A DNA stretch of 64,000 nt from Escherichia phage Lw1. This document shows, in pieces, positions 35,401 through 44,750 of this stretch. The DNA lies in the sequence record KC801932; one strand, written 5' to 3'. Numbering within the stretch: the first letter of the stretch is position 1; each line of letters opens with the position of its first letter. The notes beneath the pieces were generated by a model. It searched no databases, was not told the DNA's origin, and saw only the letters and a program-made list of their open reading frames with translations. The position numbers and the translations under genes were made by a program.

Positions 35401-37620
35401 TTACAGTTTAACTTCTTTTTCTTCCAGAACGATTTCGCAATCGAATGTTGCATCTTTCCAGAACTCATGCGGGATGATTTTGTCTGCTTTAACCGATACT
35501 TTGGTTTCTTCAAAATCCAGATCCGCAAACCAGGCGTGGCCTACAACGATACCGTACATTACACGGCTCAGGCGCTTGTTCAGTGCGCGTACTTCGTTGA
35601 TGGTTGCCTTTGTTTCTTTATCAAGGTACTCGATTACCTTATCCTTGTCAAGCGCTGCGAGTTCAGCTTTAACAGCATCGTAAGCCCACAGGATGATCAG
35701 GTCGCCGTTGTTCAGTTTCTTCTTACCTTCGGCACGTTTCGCAACAGTTGCCGCTACAGCAGGAAGGGAGGAAACACCCTTGATTTTCAGATTCAGTTCT
35801 TTCGACATATAAACATCAGTCGAATCGGTACGGGTTACTTTCGGGGAGAATCCATAATCACGAATACCCTGTTCAGATAACCATTCACCAGCGGCTTCAC
35901 CGTATTTCTGTTTCAGACCTTCGGCATTACGTAAACCGATCGCGTCGTCACGGAAGAACTTCATCACCTTCTGACGACCTTTCAGGATTTCCAGACGGAT
36001 AGAGTCGTTTACATACTCTTTACCGGAGATCCCGCGAGTCATCGCACGGTTAACCAGAGGCAGACTTGTAAAGTCAACCAGTACCGACATGCGGTCTTCA
36101 CCGATTTTTGCCAGCGGCTTGATAGTCAAACCAGAAGCGCGAAGGTTTTTCAGTGTCGGAATATCGGTTTCCAGTGGCAGAACCTTAACGTTTACGATCC
36201 CATCTTTAACGATGGTGAAGTTACGCACCTGCTTAGTTTCGATTTTTTCCGGCAGTCCCAGTTCTTTCTGTTTGCTTTCTGGGATAGTTACGTAACCTTG
36301 CAGATCCGTGTTAATGGAAATGTTAGGACGTGAACTGTTGCCGACCAGATGTTTAACCGATACTTTGGTTGTTGTCTGGGTAAATTTCGGTGTCCATATT
36401 TCGTGCGTTACCATTTGTGCGGCTAATGCTTTGCGTTCTTCCGGTGTTTTCGCATTTGCGATCTGTTCTGACAGTTGATCCAGAGTATCATCTTCTTTCT
36501 GTACTGTCTGACGGCCTGTACGGTTGTACGCCCAGTGTTCAGAAGACAGGTCGATCACTGTGTCAGTTTCTGCCAGCAGTTCGAGAGCATCAACCAGAGT
36601 GAATGCGTTTTCGTCTGGAACCATGTTGTAATCAACACCTTCAATCAGACGTTTACCCGCATCAACTACCGCTTCCGCGATCAGGTCTTTGGCGTTGGAA
36701 TAATCCTGCTTAGTAAAGCAGTTATCGTAAGCCTTAATCAGACGAACGTCACCGACTTTTTTCAGCACTTTCCATGCCAGATCAGGGTTCATGGTATGAA
36801 GTGCATGATACAGAACCACGTACAGAACCTGTTCACCTTCCATCGTAGCCGGATCAAATCCGTCGATATCGTTGATTGCGTTTTCACCCAGCGCCCAGAT
36901 GTTTTTGATGTGTTCTGGAACCAGTACAACACCATTTGCAGCGTTCAGGACATACACGCGCCCTTCGTCCAGATAGATCGCATGGGTAGCGTCACCGACC
37001 TTGACTTCAACACGCGGTGATGTTTGCGCGGTGATGATTTCAGCAAATGCTGGCTCGTATGCGTCGAAACCTTCAACGAATTTATGCAATGCGTTGGTTG
37101 CTTCTGCCATTTTTTCCAGCAGCGGACGGTTTACATAATAACCGTATTCCAAGAACGCGATGCTGTTAAAAGTCAGCGGGAGAACCGCACACGCTTTCAG
37201 GATGTCATCGGTACGCCAGCAGTTATCATAACCATCCGTAAGGAAGATCAGGCTGTTCAGATTGCCGTTTTCGGATTGCAGATCAGTTGCGATTTCCGCA
37301 GCCAGGTTCAGAGGTTCAACGAAACCAGTACAACCAGTGGGTTTCAGATAGCGGTCGATCGCGGTGCAGATGTTAGTCAGATCGGATACGTTGCTAACCT
37401 TCTCACCACGGAACACAGTACCGTAATCGCCTTTGCTGGAGAAGTACAGAATCGAAACTGTATCATCCTGTTTAACCAGACTCGCCAGGTTTGCTTTCAG
37501 ATGTTTACGGATTTTCGGGAGTTCGTTATACATAGAACCGGAAACGTCACACACGAAAACGTGGTTGGTCGGAGTCGGCTTCGATACTGCGTTTTTGAAT
37601 TCGATATTTGTAATTGACAT
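35401..37620 (-). CDS. von Willebrand factor A (vWA) domain protein, 739 aa
   Basis: N-terminal vWA fold with MIDAS-like DVSGS and later LTDGYD; large uncharacterised C-terminal region. Confidence 0.65.
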   Translation of the reverse strand: MSITNIEFKNAVSKPTPTNHVFVCDVSGSMYNELPKIRKHLKANLASLVKQDDTVSILYFSSKGDYGTVFRGEKVSNVSDLTNICTAIDRYLKPTGCTGFVEPLNLAAEIATDLQSENGNLNSLIFLTDGYDNCWRTDDILKACAVLPLTFNSIAFLEYGYYVNRPLLEKMAEATNALHKFVEGFDAYEPAFAEIITAQTSPRVEVKVGDATHAIYLDEGRVYVLNAANGVVLVPEHIKNIWALGENAINDIDGFDPATMEGEQVLYVVLYHALHTMNPDLAWKVLKKVGDVRLIKAYDNCFTKQDYSNAKDLIAEAVVDAGKRLIEGVDYNMVPDENAFTLVDALELLAETDTVIDLSSEHWAYNRTGRQTVQKEDDTLDQLSEQIANAKTPEERKALAAQMVTHEIWTPKFTQTTTKVSVKHLVGNSSRPNISINTDLQGYVTIPESKQKELGLPEKIETKQVRNFTIVKDGIVNVKVLPLETDIPTLKNLRASGLTIKPLAKIGEDRMSVLVDFTSLPLVNRAMTRGISGKEYVNDSIRLEILKGRQKVMKFFRDDAIGLRNAEGLKQKYGEAAGEWLSEQGIRDYGFSPKVTRTDSTDVYMSKELNLKIKGVSSLPAVAATVAKRAEGKKKLNNGDLIILWAYDAVKAELAALDKDKVIEYLDKETKATINEVRALNKRLSRVMYGIVVGHAWFADLDFEETKVSVKADKIIPHEFWKDATFDCEIVLEEKEVKL

Positions 37621-37629
37621 TTAAATTTC

Positions 37630-37968
37630 TCAGTATTTGGTTGTTTTATGTGCGTTTAAAATGCTTTGGATTTTTTCGGAAATCGTTTGCTGGTCTGGTT
37701 CACATCCCAACTTACCGCCAATCACCTTATAAAAATCTTCAACAGAGCTTACGTTAAAATCCGACATATCGAAACCTAAAGAATACATATGTGGATTTGT
37801 AAATTTGTAAACACCTACATCATACTCGTTAAGGTCGAAACGTTCAAGATATTTCTTCAAAGAGAATAAATCGAACGGTAGCGGAAGATGTTGTTCAATC
37901 GATACAGGTTCCCCCAGCTTATGCGCTTTTAGCGTTGCCGCTTTCGTGTACGTCATTTCTTCTTTCAT
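37630..37968 (-). CDS. Hypothetical protein (112 aa)
   Basis: ORF immediately upstream of vWA gene. Confidence 0.4.
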   Translation of the reverse strand: MKEEMTYTKAATLKAHKLGEPVSIEQHLPLPFDLFSLKKYLERFDLNEYDVGVYKFTNPHMYSLGFDMSDFNVSSVEDFYKVIGGKLGCEPDQQTISEKIQSILNAHKTTKY

Positions 37969-38480
37969 CAGTGGTGACTCTTTGATGTATGTTCAAGGTT
38001 ACGGAAGATGTCGCCGTGTTCCATTTGTGTTCCAACAGGTCCGCATTCATCCGAGTAAGTAAACTCGTAGATAAACACACCGTTCTGATTACCGTACTTC
38101 ATGTTGTACTCTTCATACAACCACATCTTGATCAGAGCGTCTTTCTCTTCGGTTTCTAAATCGTACCAATCCCGACCATCATATGCAAGCGCAATTTGAG
38201 GATTTGAACGATAACGGGTTTCCGCGCTATCTTCGGTTTCCCAATCATAACGCTTATCGTCATAAAACGATTCAAAGCTGTTACCCATATGACCGCCCAA
38301 ATCACGGTGTACATGGTTGATCACTTCTTCGGATGTCAGCGACGGGGTATAGTAACCGCACGTAGGATGACAGTCACCCATCATTTCGCGCAGGTTGTCG
38401 ATATTAGTCGGATCTTTCGGGAACCGGACAATGAAACTACTTGATGAGCTATTGCTCACAAAACCAGAACGGATTTTCAT
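37968..38480 (-). CDS. Hypothetical protein, MKIRSGFVSNSSSSSF family member B (170 aa)
   Basis: Same N-terminus as ORF 34091-34558 with divergent C-terminus. Confidence 0.5.
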   Translation of the reverse strand: MKIRSGFVSNSSSSSFIVRFPKDPTNIDNLREMMGDCHPTCGYYTPSLTSEEVINHVHRDLGGHMGNSFESFYDDKRYDWETEDSAETRYRSNPQIALAYDGRDWYDLETEEKDALIKMWLYEEYNMKYGNQNGVFIYEFTYSDECGPVGTQMEHGDIFRNLEHTSKSHH

Positions 38481-38728
38481 TGTGCATCCTCAAAATTAAT
38501 TAAATCTTTTGTAATCGTAGGTATGTCTTTTTTCGAAACGGTCGCGTTACACAACAGTTTCCCCGTGAAACCATCGTATATACTGACGCTATAATAGGCA
38601 CACGTACATTTGACTTTCTCTAGTCTTTTCATTTCGTCAATGATTACATGGATGGAAACGGATGTCGCCTTTAAATCAACTAATTCATAATAATCATGCG
38701 ATACAGTTTCAAGAGTATAGATATTCAT
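38477..38728 (-). CDS. Hypothetical protein (83 aa)
   Basis: ATGA-coupled ORF. Confidence 0.35.
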   Translation of the reverse strand: MNIYTLETVSHDYYELVDLKATSVSIHVIIDEMKRLEKVKCTCAYYSVSIYDGFTGKLLCNATVSKKDIPTITKDLINFEDAQ

Positions 38729-38934
38729 GGTTTGCCTTTTGTTTCGGATTTCAGGACGATGTTACTGTAAGGATCTTTTGCTACCAGTTCCCACAGGTCG
38801 CCAGGGTGTTCACCGCTACGGTAAACCGACGAACATATAATCTCATTAAATTTGCTTACGGCTTCGTCGATGTCGTCATACCCGTGTTTGAGGGGCTTAC
38901 GATTACACCGGATGAAAAACATTTCTTTATTCAT
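38725..38934 (-). CDS. Hypothetical protein (69 aa)
   Basis: ATGA-coupled ORF. Confidence 0.35.
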   Translation of the reverse strand: MNKEMFFIRCNRKPLKHGYDDIDEAVSKFNEIICSSVYRSGEHPGDLWELVAKDPYSNIVLKSETKGKP

Positions 38935-39205
38935 TGACTTTCACCATATTAGACATTATTTCTTCAAATGTCACGGGAATTTCTTTAGGATCGCGATCAC
39001 CATCGTCCCATTCCTCTCGATGTCCTTTAATTTTGCTAACTGCGATCTTTTTGTCGTTTTCCCACACGGTTACTTCAATGCGGTCGCCAACGTAAGGAAA
39101 GCTGGGGTGTTTGTTGATTGCATCAACACAGGTTTGGAGGGATTCAGAGACTTGAATGACTTCACCGAAATCATAATCTCCATGACGGGCCAGAACATAG
39201 ATCAT
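38927..39205 (-). CDS. Hypothetical protein (92 aa)
   Basis: Overlap-coupled ORF. Confidence 0.35.
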   Translation of the reverse strand: MIYVLARHGDYDFGEVIQVSESLQTCVDAINKHPSFPYVGDRIEVTVWENDKKIAVSKIKGHREEWDDGDRDPKEIPVTFEEIMSNMVKVNE

Positions 39206-39375
39206 AGAACCCCCAGGGTGCGCCCCATTTTACTCATGATATCAGCAAATATCATGAAGTTGACAATAAACACAACGACAATACAAATATTAGATGTTAT
39301 GCGATGCCCTCGTTCGGCACATGCCATAGAAAGATATAACAACACATAAAGGAAAACAATTATTAGCCATAGCAT
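39202..39375 (-). CDS. Hypothetical small membrane protein
   Basis: Start placed at internal ATG 39375 (MLWLIIVF) to avoid overlap with upstream ORF; two hydrophobic helices. Confidence 0.3.
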   Translation of the reverse strand: MLWLIIVFLYVLLYLSMACAERGHRITSNICIVVVFIVNFMIFADIMSKMGRTLGVL

Positions 39376-39385
39376 AATATAATCC

Positions 39386-39589
39386 TCACTGGATATAGCG
39401 GTTGTAGTTGACGTGCCACATGAGACTTGACACAACATCATAAGCAAGCAAAGAGAACAAGACAAAAGTCACTATCAAAAGGATAGCTAACCAAGTAGTT
39501 CCGATCTGGTGTTTTGAAGATAACAACAAACACACGATACTGACAAAAGAAAGTACAGTGATAACAAGCATCACGATTGAAGGGGCCAT
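39386..39589 (-). CDS. Hypothetical small membrane protein (67 aa)
   Basis: Two hydrophobic helices; preceded by hairpin terminator at approx 39606-39625. Confidence 0.35.
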   Translation of the reverse strand: MAPSIVMLVITVLSFVSIVCLLLSSKHQIGTTWLAILLIVTFVLFSLLAYDVVSSLMWHVNYNRYIQ

Positions 39590-39630
39590 AATACAATCCT
39601 CACAAAAGCCCCTTTCGGGGCTTGATTTAA

Positions 39631-39909
39631 TCAGTGTCCGAACACACCACGAATTGATTCAGCGAAAGCGTAGAACGCGGGGTTGTTTTCTTTCAACATT
39701 GCTTCTGATTTCAAAAGATACTCACCTTTAAACTTAGTACCAAACAGACAGTAAGAGAAAGAGCGATCCCACATGAAGCAGTTGTAATACTCACCACAAC
39801 GAACTTCAACCATCACGTAACCAGGATTAGAACCTTCGGCATACTCTTTCAGGAGGTTGTATTTCGCATCAGCACCAGGAAAACCAGCCAGCAAATCGTT
39901 GTAAGTCAT
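39631..39909 (-). CDS. Hypothetical protein (92 aa)
   Basis: ORF preceded by degenerate PeSL-like leader (GAAACGAAACCGAAAAAGGAATACATC). Confidence 0.4.
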   Translation of the reverse strand: MTYNDLLAGFPGADAKYNLLKEYAEGSNPGYVMVEVRCGEYYNCFMWDRSFSYCLFGTKFKGEYLLKSEAMLKENNPAFYAFAESIRGVFGH

Positions 39910-39981
39910 GATGTATTCCTTTTTCGGTTTCGTTTCAACAAGGACACTGTATTATAATTCAATCATCATTGCAAGCACTTT

Positions 39982-40236
39982 TTAAAAAAGATGCGTTAAA
40001 TGTCCTGCATTGCTGGGGTATTCGACGTAATCACCACGGAAGATGTTCAAATCTTTATCAAATTTAAACCCATGTCCTTGAACATCTTCATGACGAGATA
40101 CATAAGATACTCCATACTTTTCAAGGTCTTCCATATACATTTCGGTGATTCTCTTCGCTTTATCCAATCCGCGTCCCTCAAATCGAGAACGTCGATAATT
40201 CGCAAGAAGAAACGCATATAATTCTTCGTATGTCAT
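39982..40236 (-). CDS. Hypothetical protein (84 aa)
   Basis: ORF ATGA-coupled into methyltransferase gene. Confidence 0.4.
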   Translation of the reverse strand: MTYEELYAFLLANYRRSRFEGRGLDKAKRITEMYMEDLEKYGVSYVSRHEDVQGHGFKFDKDLNIFRGDYVEYPSNAGHLTHLF

Positions 40237-41144
40237 TTCAATACCTTTCTGATTTGTTTCGCTATGGCTTCGATCACGGGTATTGAAACTGAATTTCCCG
40301 CTTGACGATATGCCTGTTTTTTACTATCCGGTATGATAAATGAATCAGGGAATCCCTGCAAACGAAAACACTCACGGGGAGTAAGTCTTCTGGGGTTCTT
40401 TCCTTCCTGCAACACCAGACATTGAACGCCGTCCTTGTAATACTGCTGGGTTATCGTCCCAGTGTGCGTAGAATCGCTTGTGACGGCCTGATAACCAAAC
40501 CCCTTACCATTCGCCTTGTTTCGTTCCTTACGCTCTCTAAAGCCTTTCCACGCGTTATCTGATAGGGTGTATGAATCATCAGCATCTTCGAGGATATCGC
40601 CCACTCTCGTAGGGGTACGCGGAGGAACAGGAAACGAAAAGAATACATCATCCAGGAAGCAAACAATAAACACACGTTCACGTCTTTGTGGTAGTCCGAA
40701 ATCTTTTGTATTCAGTCGTTGATAGAATACGTTATATCCTTCGGCCTCCAGAAGCCCGTAAATCGTTTTAAACGTCTTCCCCTTGTCATGGGTTAGTAGT
40801 TCAGGCACGTTCTCAAAGAACAGCACACGGGGCTTTTTAGCGCGTATGATGCGGAGTATTTCAAAGAACACAGTACCGCGAACATCATCGAACCCCAGTT
40901 TTAATCCTGCTTTACTGAATGCCTGACACGGGAACCCAGCCAACAGGATATCGTGATCAGGTACTTCGGTTTCTTTTATCTGGAACAGATCTCCCTGTAG
41001 GTTATCATTGCCCCAGTTTTCGATATATGTTTGCTGTGCGAACTTGTCGATTTCAGACGTTAAAAGGCATTCGACACCGCCGAACGCCTTATCAAATCCT
41101 AATCGAACCCCGCCCACACCAGCACAGAGGTCAATTATTTTCAT
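40233..41144 (-). CDS. DNA (cytosine-5)-methyltransferase
   Basis: Canonical C5-MTase motifs: I DLCAGVGG, IV GFPCQAFS, VI ENV, VIII QRRERVF, C-terminal X. Confidence 0.85.
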   Translation of the reverse strand: MKIIDLCAGVGGVRLGFDKAFGGVECLLTSEIDKFAQQTYIENWGNDNLQGDLFQIKETEVPDHDILLAGFPCQAFSKAGLKLGFDDVRGTVFFEILRIIRAKKPRVLFFENVPELLTHDKGKTFKTIYGLLEAEGYNVFYQRLNTKDFGLPQRRERVFIVCFLDDVFFSFPVPPRTPTRVGDILEDADDSYTLSDNAWKGFRERKERNKANGKGFGYQAVTSDSTHTGTITQQYYKDGVQCLVLQEGKNPRRLTPRECFRLQGFPDSFIIPDSKKQAYRQAGNSVSIPVIEAIAKQIRKVLK

Positions 41145-41401
41145 ACGTCAAAATCAATCTCGTCAATTTTGTATGAGTTTTCGTCAATGTCCGCCCATAG
41201 GGTTACATTGACGTGTTTACTATCTTCGTACAGATTACGCCCGTTCATCCCGCCCGTGTAATTGCTTTCGGTACGTTCAGTAACTTCCAGTCGGAGGCTA
41301 TCGCGCATGATCTGAACAACAGCCTGTTCCAGCGTAACCGCGTCTGGGTTTTTGGTATCGCCCAGTACAACGTCTTTAACGTTCAAAATAACATCAGTCA
41401 T
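41141..41401 (-). CDS. Hypothetical protein (86 aa)
   Basis: ATGA-coupled ORF. Confidence 0.35.
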   Translation of the reverse strand: MTDVILNVKDVVLGDTKNPDAVTLEQAVVQIMRDSLRLEVTERTESNYTGGMNGRNLYEDSKHVNVTLWADIDENSYKIDEIDFDV

Positions 41402-41685
41402 TAGTAAAATTTCCCATAGGTGTTGAAATTTACGTGCGTCGGGCTTGCTTCTTCAACACGAATTTCATAATCATAATCCTCATTTGTTACGGAACGATCA
41501 TGTTTGATGACATCAACGATATATACCCGGAAGAATGCATGATACAGCGCATCGCGGATCTTTTCAGCAAGTACCGGAGGCTCACTATACAGGTTAATCA
41601 TATCGGAAACAATATCCTCTACGCGAGGAATATCGCGTTTATCAATATAACCAGTATATAAATTTACTTCTTTCATTAATGCCAC
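41401..41685 (-). CDS. Hypothetical protein (94 aa)
   Basis: Coupled ORF. Confidence 0.35.
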   Translation of the reverse strand: MALMKEVNLYTGYIDKRDIPRVEDIVSDMINLYSEPPVLAEKIRDALYHAFFRVYIVDVIKHDRSVTNEDYDYEIRVEEASPTHVNFNTYGKFY

Positions 41686-41921
41686 TCCGTTTCGATACCG
41701 TATTTGTATGCGTCAATCCCCAGAGGGGTGATCAACAGACACATATCAGTATTTTCGTTTGGCGACTTAAACGCCGCAGTTGCGTAACCTTTTTCAATCA
41801 GGGCATTACGCCCTGATTTACTGGGTACGTCATCGAAATCCAATGTTAACACCTGTGATGCATATCTGTAAAGTTTATACAGCACGTCAATTTCAGCACC
41901 GGATAATTTCGGGAATGTCAT
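41676..41921 (-). CDS. Hypothetical protein (81 aa)
   Basis: Coupled ORF. Confidence 0.35.
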   Translation of the reverse strand: MTFPKLSGAEIDVLYKLYRYASQVLTLDFDDVPSKSGRNALIEKGYATAAFKSPNENTDMCLLITPLGIDAYKYGIETEWH

Positions 41922-42916
41922 TTGTAGTACCCCACAACGTGATCGCGATAAACGCGTTCGATAAAGTCGTTCCAGAACTCGCGATCAACCTCTTTCGGAT
42001 AATTAGAGACTGCTGCAAGGCGTTCGACTTCACCCATGATTTCTTCCAGCTTTTCCTGGACAAAAGTGAAAGGTTTCGTTCCGGCTTTAACTTCTTTTAA
42101 AAGCTGGCTCTCTTCCAGAGGATATACGATATCACCATGTTTGTAAATGCTGATAAGCTGTAAGCCTCCGCGCAATGCGTGAGAAAGTGCTTTCCAGTCG
42201 ATCCCGTTGTTGGCTTCTGCCTGTCTTGCTCGTTCACCATATTCGTCCCAGAGTTTATACACTGACTTTTTCATTTCAGCTACGGTGATCGTAGACTGGA
42301 ATTTGCGCCCCAGCACTTCATAGAAGTCCTGACAACCGGATTTCAGGGTTTTGTCTGTAGTGAATCGACAGAACTCATTGGTCGGGAATGTGTGAGAGAC
42401 TTCACCAACTTTGATGTGATGTGTTGCGTCACCCAGATTAGACGGCATACGAACAATGCGGCTATTTGGTGTATCCTGCAACACATCGTATACTTCACGC
42501 AGTGCAGCCAGGCGAGAACCTTTAACGCCATACTTCGCCGCTTGCTTACGAACATAACCAAACAGGCCAGTTAGTTCCGTAGTGTAGAAACGTGAACGGT
42601 TAGCGCGGATATACTGCCAGATTTCGGAGTTAGCGATCATCTTACTATCATCAGCATGAAGCATATCGAGCGCTACGGTATCACCATCACACGCAAGGCT
42701 AATGAACTTAGGCAGACTATACAACTGACGGTCGATGTCGTCTACGGTGTTCTTAGAGCTTTTATCGCCCGTGCTCGTGTCGATAGTCTTCGGGGCTTTA
42801 CCCAGTAAGATATCGCGTGGATGCGGGAGAAAGATCCCTTTATAATCTTTGTCGCTTGTCGGGGTGTTCAGTCCATACAGGTGAGAACCGAACACAGTTT
42901 CCATTACAATTTTCAT
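41918..42916 (-). CDS. Nucleotidyltransferase-fold protein (Pol-beta superfamily), 332 aa
   Basis: N-terminal GS...SDxD signature (FGSHLYGLNTPTSDKDYKGIF). Confidence 0.5.
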   Translation of the reverse strand: MKIVMETVFGSHLYGLNTPTSDKDYKGIFLPHPRDILLGKAPKTIDTSTGDKSSKNTVDDIDRQLYSLPKFISLACDGDTVALDMLHADDSKMIANSEIWQYIRANRSRFYTTELTGLFGYVRKQAAKYGVKGSRLAALREVYDVLQDTPNSRIVRMPSNLGDATHHIKVGEVSHTFPTNEFCRFTTDKTLKSGCQDFYEVLGRKFQSTITVAEMKKSVYKLWDEYGERARQAEANNGIDWKALSHALRGGLQLISIYKHGDIVYPLEESQLLKEVKAGTKPFTFVQEKLEEIMGEVERLAAVSNYPKEVDREFWNDFIERVYRDHVVGYYK

Positions 42917-43311
42917 AGTTCAATACCTAATGTTTTTGCGATATCTTTCAGTTGAAATGTAGCGATTTCGGGAACAACAACATAATGAGTACCGAACTCT
43001 TTTCGTATTTTTTCGCACAGTTCAGTACGATACTGAATTTCATTGTATACAGTTTCGCTGCGATACATATAAAATCCACCCCATCCACCACCAGAACCCG
43101 AAGTCAACCCGCACTTACGATCGACTTTCTCAACGTTCCAGTCTTTCGCGTCAGCATCTTTGTTGGTGGATGCGTACAAGTATTGACGAGCAACCTTGAT
43201 TACGTGAAACACGCGAGGATTTTCGACTCTGCGATTATTGTAATTTCTTGTACCCGGATCGTAAATGGTATCACCCACTTTCACATCAGTTAAATCTTTC
43301 AAATTATTCAT
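42913..43311 (-). CDS. Hypothetical protein (132 aa)
   Basis: ATGA-coupled ORF; Gly-rich loop GSGGGWGG. Confidence 0.4.
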   Translation of the reverse strand: MNNLKDLTDVKVGDTIYDPGTRNYNNRRVENPRVFHVIKVARQYLYASTNKDADAKDWNVEKVDRKCGLTSGSGGGWGGFYMYRSETVYNEIQYRTELCEKIRKEFGTHYVVVPEIATFQLKDIAKTLGIEL

Positions 43312-43559
43312 TTCATTTTCCAGCAGTTTTTCTTTTCACAGTAGAATAACGGGAGTTTAGACAGCACCGGAGTAACCACATCTTCGCCCGTTTTCGTATT
43401 ATGTGTCAGTTCAACAGTCAACGACTGACCAGAAGCAGATTTCACAATATCCAGTTCTAGGATCTCACGATTACCCTTTGTATTGATTTCCGCAACATAG
43501 TAATCATGCCCGTTGATATCGACAACATCGCCCATCAGAATGCTTCTGGTATGTTTCAT
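43308..43559 (-). CDS. Hypothetical protein (83 aa)
   Basis: ATGA-coupled ORF. Confidence 0.35.
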   Translation of the reverse strand: MKHTRSILMGDVVDINGHDYYVAEINTKGNREILELDIVKSASGQSLTVELTHNTKTGEDVVTPVLSKLPLFYCEKKNCWKMK

Positions 43560-44131
43560 TTGAATGTCACCTTCGTATACAGCGAGGACATCAAAGAACG
43601 GTCAACACCGTCAATAACAATCATACCCTGGTACGCGTCTTTGTCTTTGCGGGAGTACATACGGCACAGCAGCGAACCATCTTTTGCGATGTATTCAACC
43701 TGGTATGTGCGACGTTCTGTTTTCAGAATATCACCAATAGCAACCGGACGTTCTACCTTTTCACGAGTATTGAGCGCGAACGATAATACATTGTCACCAT
43801 CACAAACGACCGCTGTATCTTTCGCGGATACATCGCGACTGTCAATGCTATGGATGCTCACGGAATAAACACTATCGGAAATCAACATATGTGCATCACC
43901 GGAACCTACTTTAGCGATGATAGTTGATGCGGTCTTAGTACGCGTATCGGAAGCAAACACATACACAGTAATCGGTACACCACTTTGAGTGTCTTTCGCA
44001 ACAGATTGAACAGTGAACGATTCTTTTAACCCACGAGATCGTGAGTGATTGATATAAACACTATCACCAGGGATCAGAGCGCGACGGACAACTTTGGTTT
44101 CTTCGGTTTTAATAAATGCAGTTTTGTTCAT
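43556..44131 (-). CDS. Hypothetical protein (191 aa)
   Basis: ATGA-coupled ORF. Confidence 0.4.
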   Translation of the reverse strand: MNKTAFIKTEETKVVRRALIPGDSVYINHSRSRGLKESFTVQSVAKDTQSGVPITVYVFASDTRTKTASTIIAKVGSGDAHMLISDSVYSVSIHSIDSRDVSAKDTAVVCDGDNVLSFALNTREKVERPVAIGDILKTERRTYQVEYIAKDGSLLCRMYSRKDKDAYQGMIVIDGVDRSLMSSLYTKVTFK

Positions 44132-44397
44132 AATGATTTCCTCTCAAATTCTTCATCAGATTTCCAGTACACGTTAAAGTTACGGCAATCATGATCAGAA
44201 GTCAACGTATATTTTTCACTTGTTTTTTCATCGGTGATAACCATCGTTTCATTTTCGATAGAGTCAACACCATACACAAACACTTTATCACCGCGCGTAT
44301 TCAGGAACGCGTCACCTTCTTCAATCAACTGCCAACAGTTCACTGGTAAACCGCCCGTGCTTATCGGACGGCTAACAAGACAGTAAGGACGTTTCAT
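44128..44397 (-). CDS. Hypothetical protein (89 aa)
   Basis: ATGA-coupled ORF. Confidence 0.35.
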   Translation of the reverse strand: MKRPYCLVSRPISTGGLPVNCWQLIEEGDAFLNTRGDKVFVYGVDSIENETMVITDEKTSEKYTLTSDHDCRNFNVYWKSDEEFERKSL

Positions 44398-44582
44398 TAA
44401 TCAGCAAGCCTTATGTTATTTGGATCTGGAACGAAAGTATCTTTCTGGGTAATCATGAACACCAGGAAAGCGGCGATTTCAGGATCATCAATAACGTTGA
44501 ACTTGCGTTTGCCTTTCCAGCGTACCGCGATTTTACCATCATCGAGTTTTCTGATTGCTGCAACTTCTGCTTTCTGAGTCAT
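44397..44582 (-). CDS. Hypothetical protein (61 aa)
   Basis: First ATG (44582) after PeSL cassette, AGGAGG RBS. Confidence 0.4.
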   Translation of the reverse strand: MTQKAEVAAIRKLDDGKIAVRWKGKRKFNVIDDPEIAAFLVFMITQKDTFVPDPNNIRLAD

Positions 44583-44589
44583 AATTACC

Positions 44590-44648
44590 TCCTTCGTTTC
44601 GATGCCCCTAATATAACAAAAGCCCTCACGCGAACGCAAGGGCTTTTT
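44590..44648 (-). promoter_or_regulatory. PeSL-like promoter cassette, copy 4 (TTGCGT-18-TATATT, hairpin, related leader)
   Basis: On minus strand: -35 at 44634-44639, -10 at 44610-44615; leader GGGGCATCGAAACGAAGGAGG. Confidence 0.5.
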
Positions 44649-44750
44649 TAATCTTTTTATCGACAGAAAGGACAACTAAACTTATCGCCGCTTCCACCAT
44701 GACGAGGACAGCAAATTTTTTCGATTGGTGTCATTGTTAAAATTTTCATT

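Noticed and set aside
35329-37624. Plus-strand ORFs (35329-35880, 36475-37020, 37024-37617) inside the vWA gene
   Set aside because: Antisense to a 739-aa ORF that has a recognisable domain; treated as shadow frames.
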